Positions 8,777 through 19,340 of a stretch of DNA of 64,000 nucleotides are shown here, piece after piece. Within the stretch, counting starts at the first letter, position 1. Each line of letters opens with the position of its first letter. The translations under genes were made by a program, and so were the position numbers. This DNA comes from an uncultured delta proteobacterium (GTDB lineage Bacteria; Myxococcota_A; Polyangia; Haliangiales; Haliangiaceae): contig CAVUQH010000004.1 of the NCBI GenBank assembly GCA_963743525.1, forward strand, positions 1 to 64,000, in the 5' to 3' direction. The notes under the pieces are model-generated. The model did no database searches, was not told the origin of the DNA, and saw only the letters and a program-made list of their open reading frames with translations.

Positions 8777-10627
8777 CTACTTGTCCTCGTCGATTCGGGC
8801 CGCGTCGATGATCGGGCGGTAGATCTGAAACTCGTCTGGTGCTACATCCTCGACGTGCCACCTGGGGCCCGACTCCGACTCCTTGAGGGCAGGTTGGCCA
8901 AGGGGCGCAACTCTGGTGGAACAAGCGGCGGTGTGCAGTCCCTTGCCTCGACATCGCACCTTCTTGCCTCTTACGTCACATCTGAAGCTCATCGATGCCG
9001 TGGTGACACGTTTTTGCTTCGGCGTGCACTCTGAGCTGGACGCTCGGTAGACACAGTCCTTTGCCCCGCTTGGATTTCCGTCTTCCCCAAAGACCACAGC
9101 ACACGTGAATTTGGACCCTAAATCAGCCCAGGACAGATTGTTGGCGGCGAGCTGAGGCCCCCGGTCGCCCATGGAGATGGTGACCTTTCCAAAATTCGAT
9201 GAGAGCTTGGCAAACCAGGCCTGTTTCCTGGCCTCGGCTCGCTTCGCTCGTGCCACGCTCGCGAGCTCCACGAGAGAAACGTCGAGACTCTGGTTCTGCT
9301 CGAGCGTGACGTTCTTGGTTTGAGACACAAAGCCCGGCGCCGAAATCCCCAACGCGACCAACTTGCCCCTCTCGACCTGGATCGGGTTGCCTTTTGCGAC
9401 CTGTCCATCGACCGACACGGTTGCATCCTTGGGCTGCACGTTGAGCGTGAGCTCGACGAAGCTCGGGCCAGCATCCGGTGGGCTGTTGGGTTCTTGCGGC
9501 GCATTGCTCGCCCCCGCTGCCTCTGAGGTTGAGGAGGCGGATCCCCGTTGGAAGACGGTCCAGCCCAAGCCCAAGCCCAACAGGACGGCGATAGCGACAC
9601 CGACGAGGACGACGCGGCGTAGGCGGCGCACCTGCCCCTTCCCAGGCCCCTTCGCGATAGGTGTCTTTACCGCGTCCTCGTTGTGGGCTGCGATCACCGT
9701 TGGCGCAAGATGCGCCGCGTACTGCGCAGGCGCAGCTCGTGCGGCCTGCCCGGAAGAGCCATTGGGCTCGGCTCCTTCGGACGCTGGCCGGCAGCCGATG
9801 GCGGCAACGATGGAATCCCAGGCGGCCGTGATGGTCGCAGGCCGATCCTCTGGTGACTTGGATAGGCACGCATCGACAGCGGCCTCGAGGGCGGGGGGGA
9901 CGCCGGGAACGAACTCTCGGAGTTTTGGTGCAGGCTCCGTATGAATCTTGATGATGAGCTCGGTGATGTTCGGCGCCACGAAGGGAGGGCGCCCCGCCAG
10001 GCAATGGTAGAGCGTGGCACCGAAGGAATAGACGTCAGCACGAACGTCAACGTTCTTGGCGTCCTTGGCCTGTTCTGGTGCCATGAATTGCGGCGTGCCC
10101 ATGGCCATTCCGGTGCGACTCTTGCTGGCAACCGTGGAGTCGAGGAGCTTGGCGATACCGAAGTCGAGGAGCTTGACCTCGGCGGCCCTTCCCTCTTCGA
10201 GGCGGAGCATGATGTTCTCAGGCTTGAGGTCCCTGTGAATGATGCCTTTGTCGTGGGCAGCCTTGAGAGCTTGCACCACGGCAGGGAAGATCGTGTCGAG
10301 CTCCTCCGGGGCAAGTCGACCTCGCTGGCCGATGTAGTCGCTGAGCGTGATGCCCGCGAAGAACTCCATCAGGTAGAAGGGCTGCCCAGATTCCAGGCGG
10401 CCGAAGTTCTGGATGTCGATGATGGCGCGATGCCCGATGGCGCAGACCGCCTTGGCCTCGTTGAAGAATCGGTCTACGAGCTCCGGGCTGCGTGAGAACT
10501 CCGCATGCAGGACCTTGACGGCGACGCGCCGACCGAGGCTCTCGTGTTCGGCGAGATACACGTCACCGAACCCGCCCTCGCCGATCTTCTTGGTGATTCG
10601 ATAGTTGAAGACGATCGTATCAAGCAT
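8777..10627 (-). CDS. membrane Ser/Thr protein kinase with extracytoplasmic PEGA-like domain
   Basis: IGEGGFG, VAVK, HRDLKPEN, DFG, GTPQFMAPE; TM helix VVLVGVAIAVLLGLGLGW. Confidence 0.92.
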   Translation of the reverse strand: MLDTIVFNYRITKKIGEGGFGDVYLAEHESLGRRVAVKVLHAEFSRSPELVDRFFNEAKAVCAIGHRAIIDIQNFGRLESGQPFYLMEFFAGITLSDYIGQRGRLAPEELDTIFPAVVQALKAAHDKGIIHRDLKPENIMLRLEEGRAAEVKLLDFGIAKLLDSTVASKSRTGMAMGTPQFMAPEQAKDAKNVDVRADVYSFGATLYHCLAGRPPFVAPNITELIIKIHTEPAPKLREFVPGVPPALEAAVDACLSKSPEDRPATITAAWDSIVAAIGCRPASEGAEPNGSSGQAARAAPAQYAAHLAPTVIAAHNEDAVKTPIAKGPGKGQVRRLRRVVLVGVAIAVLLGLGLGWTVFQRGSASSTSEAAGASNAPQEPNSPPDAGPSFVELTLNVQPKDATVSVDGQVAKGNPIQVERGKLVALGISAPGFVSQTKNVTLEQNQSLDVSLVELASVARAKRAEARKQAWFAKLSSNFGKVTISMGDRGPQLAANNLSWADLGSKFTCAVVFGEDGNPSGAKDCVYRASSSECTPKQKRVTTASMSFRCDVRGKKVRCRGKGLHTAACSTRVAPLGQPALKESESGPRWHVEDVAPDEFQIYRPIIDAARIDEDK

Positions 10628-10944
10628 GCGTTGGGTTCTGCTGGTGTCGCGACCTGCCCCTCACCTTGCTACTTGCAATGTTACACCAGAGGACTCCTGT
10701 GCGGCTGGTTGTCGGGGTGTCCTCGCAGTGCAGGTCGCGGCGCGGCGGATGCGCGTGTTCCGATGCGCCTGTGGATGTACTCGGTCTCCTTGCCTTGTCG
10801 CCGTGGCGCGAAGTCCTTAGCCAAGGCCTGAAAAACCGCTGTGCTGCACAGCGACGACGAGCAGATCGCCGTCGCATTCTTGATGACCGCGCGCGAGCTC
10901 GGGCCAGCTGTCTCCGGTTCCAATGCGCATGGTCATGACTGCGC

Positions 10945-11640
10945 TCATTTGGGCGTCATGCCGGCCAGGTTGCTCTCCATGTTGTCGCGGATGTATTGCA
11001 GCGTCGGCTTGCGCAGGCTGCGCTTGCTCATCGCGTAGGCCGTCAACGGCAACTTGGCCAGGCGCGCGGCCTCGGCCATCGCGGCGTCGGCGAGCTCGTC
11101 GGCGGGCACGGCGCGGTCGAGCCAGCCGGCGGTGACCGCGTCTTCGGGGGCGTAGATCTTGGCCATCGCCACGGCGGCGAACAGCTCGCGCGGGTCGAGG
11201 CGATCGCGGGCCAGCTCGTGGGCGAGCACGGGTACCGGCATGCCCACCTGGACCTCGTTGAGGCCCAGCTTGAACGGGCCGATGGCTCCGATGCGCGTGT
11301 CGCCGGTGGCGGCCAGGAGCACGCCGCCGGCGAGGGCGTGGCCGGTGCACGCGATCACCAGGGGCATGCCGAGCTCGTACAGGCGCAGCAGCAGCTCGCC
11401 GCCCTTCATGACCAGCTCGAGTGCCGCCTGCGGTCCCGACATCATGACGCGGAGGTCGAAGCCGGCGCTGAACTTGCCCTCGCGTCCGCTCAGCACCACG
11501 GCTTTGGCTTGCTTCTCGGCCCGGTCGAACGCCGCGCCGAGCTGCGCCAGCATCTCGTGGGACAAGGCGTTGGCCTTGCCGTCGTCCATGGTCACGCGCG
11601 CGACGTCGTCACGCAGCTCGAAGCCAACGATTTCTCCCAT
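10945..11640 (-). CDS. enoyl-CoA hydratase/isomerase (crotonase) family
   Basis: DDGKANAL, FSAGFDL, GHALAGG, GLNEVQVG. Confidence 0.9.
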   Translation of the reverse strand: MGEIVGFELRDDVARVTMDDGKANALSHEMLAQLGAAFDRAEKQAKAVVLSGREGKFSAGFDLRVMMSGPQAALELVMKGGELLLRLYELGMPLVIACTGHALAGGVLLAATGDTRIGAIGPFKLGLNEVQVGMPVPVLAHELARDRLDPRELFAAVAMAKIYAPEDAVTAGWLDRAVPADELADAAMAEAARLAKLPLTAYAMSKRSLRKPTLQYIRDNMESNLAGMTPK

Positions 11641-11767
11641 GCCCCTGATCTACACCGATTCCGGACCGCGGCGCCGCTTCTCGCCACGATTCTCGTAACG
11701 CGACGGGCAAGTGACTGAGGTTTCTCGGGCCAGCCATCTGGGCGCCGGCGGGCATGCCGGTGCGCGA

Positions 11768-12895
11768 CTACGCCTCCAGCAGCCGGCGAACCGCCAGCGC
11801 GTCGCTGACGAACGCCTGGACTTCGGGGCTCGACACCAGCGCCAGGTGCGACGTCCGGGTGAAGACGCGCCAGCGAACCGAGGCTCCCCCCCGACCGCGA
11901 CGGGTCGCGATGGCGCTGTTGGTACCGACGAGGCCGTCGCCGAAGTAGACGGCCAGCACCGAATCTTCTGACTGCGTAAGGGTGCCGATCGCCACGTGAT
12001 AGTGAACCCCGGGCAGCAGCGGAAGCTCGGTCCGATCGGCCAGGGTCATCGTCGCTGCGTCGGGGCGCTGCCAGTCGTGTTCCACGAGCAGACCCAGTCG
12101 CAGATCTTTGATGCCGTCGCTGCGGGTGTCGATGACGCTGCTGATGATGCCGGTGGCCAGGGTCGGAATCGCCTGGAGCACCCAGGCGGACAGATGCGCA
12201 ACCTGCTCGAGATACGCGCCGTCGTTGGGAGCGCCGAGCAACACCACGGAGTCCAGGGCGCGCGGCCACGTGTGGCTCGAGGAGTGGCCGTAATGACCCG
12301 CGCTGCGCGCGACCAGGCCGCCCATCGAGTGGCCCGCGAGCGTGAGGCGCTCGATGCCCGGGTGCGCCTCGACGAGCGCTTGCAGCAGGTCAGCGAGCAA
12401 CTGGCCGTTGTCCGAGATGTGCAGCCCGGAGTTGTAGCGAAGGTAGAGCGGCGTGAGCCCGCGCTCGCGTGCCAGCATCGGCCCGAACCCCTCGAAGCCC
12501 CCGAACGGCCGGCTCCAGTACGCATCGTCGGCCATCAGGCCGTGCACGAACACGGCGACGTGACCGCCCAGATCGCCGAGCTCCTCGGGCGAGACATCGC
12601 GCCCGCCTTCGCGAAAGCTCATTCGAATCGCCAGACGGTCGCCACTGCGTGCCAGGAGGTGGCCGACCGCGCCGTTGACTACGGCGGGGAGATAGTTGCG
12701 ATTCTCATAGCCGAGCCGGGCCAGCGCGGCGCTGCCCCGCCCGGTGGCAATCGCAGCTCTCTTGAGGGCCTTTCCGAAGCTGCGCCAGAACGACGCGCGC
12801 GCCTCCTCGCTGGAACCCTCGAGCCGTCGGTCGACGAGCTCGGTTTGCGAGGAAGCATCGGCCATGGCCCGATGATACTGCCGACGCTCGCTCAC
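11768..12895 (-). CDS. alpha/beta hydrolase (PGAP1-like/lipase)
   Basis: VFVHGL, GHSMGG nucleophile elbow, GDGLV, C-terminal His; start may be ATG 12865. Confidence 0.85.
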   Translation of the reverse strand: MSERRQYHRAMADASSQTELVDRRLEGSSEEARASFWRSFGKALKRAAIATGRGSAALARLGYENRNYLPAVVNGAVGHLLARSGDRLAIRMSFREGGRDVSPEELGDLGGHVAVFVHGLMADDAYWSRPFGGFEGFGPMLARERGLTPLYLRYNSGLHISDNGQLLADLLQALVEAHPGIERLTLAGHSMGGLVARSAGHYGHSSSHTWPRALDSVVLLGAPNDGAYLEQVAHLSAWVLQAIPTLATGIISSVIDTRSDGIKDLRLGLLVEHDWQRPDAATMTLADRTELPLLPGVHYHVAIGTLTQSEDSVLAVYFGDGLVGTNSAIATRRGRGGASVRWRVFTRTSHLALVSSPEVQAFVSDALAVRRLLEA

Positions 12896-13002
12896 CCGGC
12901 ACGATTACGCCAGGGACCCGGCCGGGCCCCCGTCGTGGCCCTGGAACTCTACAGTCCGCTACAGTCCGGACAGGAGGTCTTCTCGCCCAGCTCGTCGTTG
13001 GG

Positions 13003-13695
13003 TCAGGGTAGCTGGCCGGCGAACGCCGGGTGGGCGGCCAGGAACGGGCGCAGCTCGGCCACCTGGTGGGGCGGAGCATCGGCCGCGCGTAGCGCGTCGA
13101 CCAGGCGGGTGACGTAGTCGGCGCCGGCGGTGGCCATCCCGGCGATCAGTGCGGGCAGGTCCCGGTCGAGGGTGCGCACCGCCAGAGCCCGCAGCTGCTT
13201 GCCGTCGGGATCGATCGAGGACGGCAGCAGATCCAGGTGGGCGATCACCCAGTCGATGTTGTAGGGGACCGCCAGCCCGAGCGCATCCCTTGCTCGCTGG
13301 GCGTCGATGTGGGCGAAGTCGTCGAGCGCCTGCAGCAACTGGGGATCGCGTGGGTCGGCCTCCAGGCCGCGCAAGAGCAGGGTGCGCGTGTGGCTTTCCA
13401 GCGGCGTGCCTCGCCAGCGCGCGGCGATTTGCGCCACTCGGGCGCCGGCCGCGCTGGCCTGCCCCAGCGGGATCTGCAGCAGCAGCTCGGCCTCGCCCGG
13501 GGTTCCCTGCTCGAGCAGCTCGAGCGCGGCGTCGGCAAATGCCTGGCCCTGGGCGGTCGATTCCAGCTCGTGCCCGATCTTCGACAGCCCGGCATCGACC
13601 GCCAGCTGATCGCCACCGAGCTCGGGGTGGCGCCCGGGGACCTGCAGGCAGTCGCGAATGTAGGCGACCCAGTCGGTGATGGCGGCGAAGTCCAT
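13003..13695 (-). CDS. hypothetical helical protein, candidate immunity protein
   Basis: ATG lies 1 nt after the stop of the large toxin-like gene. Confidence 0.65.
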   Translation of the reverse strand: MDFAAITDWVAYIRDCLQVPGRHPELGGDQLAVDAGLSKIGHELESTAQGQAFADAALELLEQGTPGEAELLLQIPLGQASAAGARVAQIAARWRGTPLESHTRTLLLRGLEADPRDPQLLQALDDFAHIDAQRARDALGLAVPYNIDWVIAHLDLLPSSIDPDGKQLRALAVRTLDRDLPALIAGMATAGADYVTRLVDALRAADAPPHQVAELRPFLAAHPAFAGQLP

Positions 13696-13696
13696 G

Positions 13697-16600
13697 CTAC
13701 TTGATGAGGATACGCGTCTTCGCCTGCGAGATGTTCACGGTGCCCATGATTACCTCGCGCACCGGCTTGGCGTGGGGGTCGGCCGGGTCGGGCGTGGTGA
13801 GACCGTAGGTCGCCTCGGCGTCGGGGTTGGGGTTGAACTGCGTCTGCCACAACCCGTCGAACGCGGTCGGCCGGCGGGCCACAACCTTCGCGCCGGTGGC
13901 ATCGACCGCGCCGCCCATCGCCTGATCGGGCGTCATGCCGAACAACACGCCGCCGTCGGCCAGATTGCCGGCAGCCACCGCCTTGGAGTAGGCGGGAGCG
14001 GCGATCTCATTGGGCATCGGGCTGGGCACGCCCGAGTCCTGGGCCGCACCCCACCAGCCCGGCGATGCGCCGCGGCCAATCGGACCGCCGCCGTCGAGGT
14101 CGGTCATCGGATCGGGGGGCAGAATCTTCATCAGCTCGCCGATGTGGCTGGCGTGCTTGCCGTAGTTGACGTCGGCGAGGTGCTCGGGCAACGCCCAGCT
14201 CTTGTCGTTCTCAGGGAGCGCGCGCAGCCGATCGTAGTAGGCCTGAGTGATCGACTTGTTGCCGGCCAGCGACTCGAAGTTGACGCCGCGAGCCAGCTCA
14301 CCCATGGCGTTGGCATCGGTCTTTGTCAGCTCCGGTCCCTGCATCAGGTAGATCGGCTCGCCCTTGGAGTTGCGGGCATTCATCACCCCCTGGATGACGG
14401 CGTTGAGATCCTCGGGGGCCTCCTTGAGCCCGTCGAGCTTGGCCGACAGCTCGCGGTAGAAGCGGGCCACCAGGTCGGCGCGCTCGCTCTGCAGGAAGCC
14501 GTCGCGGTTGACCTTCTCCAGCTTGACCGTGCCCTCGATGTTGCCGCCGGTGGCCGGCAGGTCGGCGGTGCTGGGCACGGCGCGGGCCTGGATCGCCGCC
14601 TTGGCGGCGTTCCACTGCTCCGGGGTGACCTGCTTGGCCTTGCCGGTCGGCGGCTCGGCCTCGACCACGCGAACCACCTGCACGCCGTCCTCGAACGGCG
14701 CCTTGCTGGCGCTGGAGTCGGGGTGAGCCTCGAAGCGGGCACTGCGCGGCTTGGCCTTGCGACCGTCGGGCAAGGTGACCTCGTCGCCCTCGACAATCTC
14801 CATGGTCTGCCAGCCGAGCTCGCGCATGCGCTGGACCACCTCGCCGAGCGACGGCGTGTTCCCGTCGATCTTGAACCTGTCGCCGTCGCGCTTGAGGCTG
14901 CCCAGCAGCGAGGACTTTTGCTGGTGGTAGGTCTTCTCGGCGGCCCGCTGCGCGGTTGCCGCCGCGGTGCCCTCCTGCTCGGCCGCACTGGGCGTCGGCT
15001 CCTCCGGCTTGGCGGTGACGGCGCCTTCGGTCAGGTCCTCGACCACGCGGACGGTGCCGCCCTTCTTGGTGGTGACCACCGCGGTGCGCTGCTTGGTGTC
15101 CGGGTCCTTGCTGATCGAGACCTGGTTGCCCGCCTCGCGCTGCTGGCGCACCACCTCGTCGAACCGCGCCGCGCCCTGGGCGCTGAAGGTGTCGCCGCCC
15201 AGGTTGCGCAGCCCGGCGAGCAGCTGGAGCATCTTGTTCTGCTCGGCGGCGGCGTCGAGGGAGCCCTTCATGCCCTTGATGGTGGCGATGTCCTCGTCGC
15301 TCAGCCCCATCGCCCGCGCCGACGCCGGGTCCTTCTCGGCGGCGGTGTCGATCTCGTCGACCACTGCCTTCTCCTCGGCGATGGTGGCGCCGTCTTTGCG
15401 AATCACCGCCTGCGCCGCCGCCGGCTTGGCCCCCGCCTTCAGCTTGCCGGCGGCCGCTTTGGTGGCGTCGCGCTCGGCGTTGATGTGGTCGATCTTGCCC
15501 TTCAGCTCGGCGCTGGTGAAGTGGACGCCGTGGAGGAAGTGGTGGGTGACCCGCTCCCCGATCATGGTGCCGATAGTGACCAGCACGCCCTCCTCGACGG
15601 TCTCCTTGATCTCCTCCTCGCTCAGGTGCTGGCCGGTGGCGAGGAAACGCTTGGCGTCGGCGGCGGCGACGCCGGCGCTGCAGTGGGCGACGAACATGCC
15701 GATGCCGCCGACCACCTGCCCCTTGAAGGTGCCAGCGAACGCCGGCAGCGCCGCCTTGTACGACTCCATCGCCTTGCCGACCATGGCCATGGTCGCCCAG
15801 TTCTTGAAGAAGTCGCCGATCACCCCCTGCAGGGTGGGATCCTCCTCCAGGGTGGTGGTGGTGAGGGTGGTGAAGGCGGCCGCCTCGGCGCCGGTCTTGA
15901 GCGCGAACAGGGTGCCGCCCGATAGCTCGAGATCGGCCGCACCGACCGCGGCCACCGCGTCGCCGAAGCCGGCGCTGAGCACGCCGACGCCGATGAGGAC
16001 GCCGATCTTGATCCACTTCGCCTTGGTCTCCTCGTCATCGACCAACTTGGCGACGCGGGGGAACATCTCCTGGTACTGGCCCTGGACGCCGGACAGGTTG
16101 GCCTGGGCGGTCTTGAGGTCGCCAGCCTTGGCCGGCTTGAGCACCTTGGACTCGAGCTGGAACTTCAGGTAGCTGATCTCGCCCTGCGCCGCCTCGTACT
16201 TCTGCTGCTTGCTGCCGGTCTGCTTGCTCTTGTCGAACGGGTGGCGCAGCTTGCTGAAGTCCTTGTTGGCACCGAACGAATGGCTGAGGTTCTCGAGCGT
16301 GTTGTCGAGGTCGGCGCCCTTGGCGACCAGGGTGACCACGGTCGAGTACAGCTGCAGCTCGCCCAGCTCCTTCTGGATGTCGGCCAGCTCCGCCTGGGCC
16401 TTGCCCGGATCGCTGACCACCAGGTCGCGCAGCGCCGAGCAGCGCTTGCGCAGGTCCTCCTCTTTGTGGCTGAGGTCGCCGATGTCCTGGCCGGTGGTGT
16501 GGACGGCGAACGCGCCGGCGCCGTGGAATATGGTCTGGTCGGCCTCGCGGAGCAGCTGGCGGACGTAGGAGAGGATTCCCTCGGTGACGTCGATCGGGTA

Positions 16601-18628
16601 GGTCCGCAGCCGCTGGTTGGCGAGGGCCAGTCGCTGCCGTCCGGTGGACACCAGGTCGGAGACCGAGGCCGCCTCGACGAAGGCGGTGGCCAGGTTCTTG
16701 ATTGGGTCGCTGAAGAAATTGGGCGGCGCCTGCTTGCCTCCGCCCTTGGCCGTCAGCCCGGCCCAGTGACGCGCGGCGGTGCTGGCGCCGCTGGCGCACG
16801 AGCCGAGGATGTCGAGCTGCTGCGCCGACTGCGCGTCCCACGGGTTCTGCTGACCGCTGGCGGTCTCCTCGGTGGCCTCGACCTGCTTCTTGCGCTGGTC
16901 GAGTCGCGACTTGAGCGCCCCCAGGTCGCCGGTGGTCACGCCCGCGATGCCGCCAGCGTCGGCCATGATGGCGTCCACCAGCGAGATCATGGTCACCATG
17001 CGCTGGGCGACCGCGTCCTTGGTGCCCTTGCCGGTGCCGGGCGAGCCCTTGGCCTGGTCGAGGGCGGCCTGCTCGCCACCCGCGCCAGTGATGATCTGTT
17101 TGGCCGGATCGGCTTTGCTCGCGTCGGGATTCTCCGGATCAGTGCTGCCGTCGTTGCCGGGCAGCTTCTTCCACTCTTCGTAGCGGATCAGTTGCTCGGG
17201 GTGGATGAAGCCGAAGACCGGCGGGGCCGGGGTGAGGTAGCTGGCGAAGCAAGAGTCGCCGAAGATCGAGAAGGCGACGTCCTCGGCGGTGACCGGCGGA
17301 TCGCAGGTGTCGGTGACCTGCACCAGGTTGGCACCCGGGCCGCACTCTGCCTTCTGGGCCACGAACATGTAGTTGACCGAGCGGGGCGGAGGTGCCGCCT
17401 TCTCGTCGGGGTGAGCGGTCTGGTAGTTCTTGAGGTCAACCTTGACGTTGCCCATCAGCGCGGGCACGGCCACCTTGTCCACCGGCGCGCTCTGCACGAT
17501 GTCGTTCGCTGCCGGCTCGGGCGGATTGTTGAGATCGAGCGGCTCCCGCAGGGGCCCCTGGAATGACAGCAGCGCCTGGTTGGTCGCCTGGGCGTAGCGG
17601 GGCATCAGCCTGGCCATGGACTCGACCAGCCGCCGGGCGATGATGTTCTTGATCTCGGTGGCCACCGCGTCTTCGTAGACGTCCTCGCTCTTGCCGTCGG
17701 AGTCTGCGCTGCGGCCCCGGTTGATGGCCGCCACCGGCGACTCGGGCTCGCACAGCAGCGGCAGTGCCGCCATGAGGGTGTGCCAATCGTTGCCCAGGAT
17801 GCCGGCGACGGCGGTCAGGAATGCCTGCGGGCCAGACTTCCAGCTGGTGAACACGCACTGGGTCTCCAGGCTCATCGACTTGACGGCGGCGGACACTCCG
17901 GCAGCGATGCGATCCCCGTAGCGCTCGAGGTACTCGTGGTAGTCGAGCTTCTTGGGCTCCTCGCCGCTCTCCTCGCGGCCGATCACGCCGCCGGCGGCCG
18001 TGGCGCTGACCCGGGTTGGCTGACCCGTCATGACCGCGTCGGCGGCGGCGTCGGCGTCGCGCTCGACCGCGTCGCCCGGCGAGCTCAGCACCGGGTCGGC
18101 CGTGGCAGCGCCAGCCTGGGCGGTGTGGGCGACCTCGTGGGCGAGCAGCCGTGCGCCGGCGTCGGTTTCGGGTCTGTAGCTGCCGGCGGCGAAGTGGATG
18201 TCCTTGCCGTGGGCGAACGCGCGGGCGCCGAGAGCCTGGGCCGCCCGGTCGGCGCGGGCCCCAGTGTGTACGCGCACGTCGCCGAAGTCGTTGCCGAGCG
18301 TGCGCTCGAAGCGATCGATCAGCGGCGCGGGCAGCGGCTGGCCGCTCTCCTCGGACGCCGCCTCCAGCCGCGCGGCCGCATCGCCGCGCACCGGCTGGCC
18401 CGAAGCGGTGCGCAGGATCGGCGCCGTCGGGTTGCGGCCGAACCGGCCGACCGGGGTTCGCTTGCCCGGCGTGATCCGCGGCCGCCGGAGCGCCCGTTCC
18501 TTGCCCGGGTTGCCGTAGACTTGGTTGACCAGGGTCCGCTTGCCCACCGAGATCCGCGGCTGGCGGGACGCCTTCTCCTCACCCGGGTCTCCATCGAGGT
18601 CGGCGTCATCGAGCCAGTCGTACGACAT
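13697..18628 (-). CDS. DUF4157 (eCIS-core) domain polymorphic toxin-like protein, 1643 aa
   Basis: Start MSYDW (TGATG overlap). [10 protein letters not shown]...[14 protein letters not shown]...[11 protein letters not shown] is the DUF4157 pattern; coiled coils, hydrophobic Gly/Ala segment, distinct C-terminal domain. Confidence 0.85.
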   Translation of the reverse strand: MSYDWLDDADLDGDPGEEKASRQPRISVGKRTLVNQVYGNPGKERALRRPRITPGKRTPVGRFGRNPTAPILRTASGQPVRGDAAARLEAASEESGQPLPAPLIDRFERTLGNDFGDVRVHTGARADRAAQALGARAFAHGKDIHFAAGSYRPETDAGARLLAHEVAHTAQAGAATADPVLSSPGDAVERDADAAADAVMTGQPTRVSATAAGGVIGREESGEEPKKLDYHEYLERYGDRIAAGVSAAVKSMSLETQCVFTSWKSGPQAFLTAVAGILGNDWHTLMAALPLLCEPESPVAAINRGRSADSDGKSEDVYEDAVATEIKNIIARRLVESMARLMPRYAQATNQALLSFQGPLREPLDLNNPPEPAANDIVQSAPVDKVAVPALMGNVKVDLKNYQTAHPDEKAAPPPRSVNYMFVAQKAECGPGANLVQVTDTCDPPVTAEDVAFSIFGDSCFASYLTPAPPVFGFIHPEQLIRYEEWKKLPGNDGSTDPENPDASKADPAKQIITGAGGEQAALDQAKGSPGTGKGTKDAVAQRMVTMISLVDAIMADAGGIAGVTTGDLGALKSRLDQRKKQVEATEETASGQQNPWDAQSAQQLDILGSCASGASTAARHWAGLTAKGGGKQAPPNFFSDPIKNLATAFVEAASVSDLVSTGRQRLALANQRLRTYPIDVTEGILSYVRQLLREADQTIFHGAGAFAVHTTGQDIGDLSHKEEDLRKRCSALRDLVVSDPGKAQAELADIQKELGELQLYSTVVTLVAKGADLDNTLENLSHSFGANKDFSKLRHPFDKSKQTGSKQQKYEAAQGEISYLKFQLESKVLKPAKAGDLKTAQANLSGVQGQYQEMFPRVAKLVDDEETKAKWIKIGVLIGVGVLSAGFGDAVAAVGAADLELSGGTLFALKTGAEAAAFTTLTTTTLEEDPTLQGVIGDFFKNWATMAMVGKAMESYKAALPAFAGTFKGQVVGGIGMFVAHCSAGVAAADAKRFLATGQHLSEEEIKETVEEGVLVTIGTMIGERVTHHFLHGVHFTSAELKGKIDHINAERDATKAAAGKLKAGAKPAAAQAVIRKDGATIAEEKAVVDEIDTAAEKDPASARAMGLSDEDIATIKGMKGSLDAAAEQNKMLQLLAGLRNLGGDTFSAQGAARFDEVVRQQREAGNQVSISKDPDTKQRTAVVTTKKGGTVRVVEDLTEGAVTAKPEEPTPSAAEQEGTAAATAQRAAEKTYHQQKSSLLGSLKRDGDRFKIDGNTPSLGEVVQRMRELGWQTMEIVEGDEVTLPDGRKAKPRSARFEAHPDSSASKAPFEDGVQVVRVVEAEPPTGKAKQVTPEQWNAAKAAIQARAVPSTADLPATGGNIEGTVKLEKVNRDGFLQSERADLVARFYRELSAKLDGLKEAPEDLNAVIQGVMNARNSKGEPIYLMQGPELTKTDANAMGELARGVNFESLAGNKSITQAYYDRLRALPENDKSWALPEHLADVNYGKHASHIGELMKILPPDPMTDLDGGGPIGRGASPGWWGAAQDSGVPSPMPNEIAAPAYSKAVAAGNLADGGVLFGMTPDQAMGGAVDATGAKVVARRPTAFDGLWQTQFNPNPDAEATYGLTTPDPADPHAKPVREVIMGTVNISQAKTRILIK

Positions 18629-19005
18629 CAGCCCACCCTCCACAGCCGCGCCAGCGAGGTCACCTGGTCCACGGCGGCACCGGCCGCGACCAGCGCGTCG
18701 AGCAACGCCTCGCCGGCGCCGTCGCGATAGCACGCCTGCGACCGCGGCCCCAGGTCGCAATGCAGCTGGAGCCGCCGATCGGAGGCCAGCCCGGTGGTGA
18801 CTCTCGCGTCGCGGCAGTGGCGGTTCACCAGCCGGCCGGCGTCGACCGACCAGACGCCGGCCTCGGCCGCGGCCCCGAGCGCGGCGACTACCAGCGCATC
18901 GCGGCCGCGGGCAAGCAGGATCGCCTGGCCCTGGGTGACGTGACACTCGAGGACGGCGGGCTCCGCGCTGACGCGCGCCGGGTTCCAGATGTCAATGCTC
19001 GCCAT
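18628..19005 (-). CDS. hypothetical protein coupled to the toxin gene
   Basis: MASIDIWN start; its TGA overlaps the toxin ATG. Confidence 0.6.
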   Translation of the reverse strand: MASIDIWNPARVSAEPAVLECHVTQGQAILLARGRDALVVAALGAAAEAGVWSVDAGRLVNRHCRDARVTTGLASDRRLQLHCDLGPRSQACYRDGAGEALLDALVAAGAAVDQVTSLARLWRVG

Positions 19006-19162
19006 GGTTCGCGCCAAGCCTGCTCGAAGCCCCGCGACGGGCGGGTCATCTTGTCCCATGCTCGCCGATCCCCTCTTATGATTCGTCTTACGCGATCCCA
19101 GGTTTTCATCTCCCCCCTCGCCACGTCAATTGACTTGCGCCACCAGCGGGTCCCGCAAGACC

Positions 19163-19325
19163 GGCTCGGCGCAGCCCCCGCGGGTCGCGCTCGCCGCCGG
19201 CCCCACAGCTGAAAACTGCTCTTCCCGGGCTGGAGAAGGGGCCACCTGGGTGGCCGTACAATGAGTCCAGGCGCCCGGTTCAGCTGGAAAGCGAGGCGGG
19301 ACGGGCACTCCGGCGCGTCGTAGCC
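19163..19325. ncRNA. possible structured RNA (about 165-nt imperfect rod-like hairpin)
   Basis: Nested complementary blocks: GGCTCGGCGC/GCGTCGTAGCC, CTCGC/GCGAG, CAGCTGAA/TTCAGCTG, CCGGGC/GCCCGG, TGGA/TCCA, GGCCAC/GTGGCC. Confidence 0.35.
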
Positions 19326-19340
19326 CCGGCTCAGCGCGAG

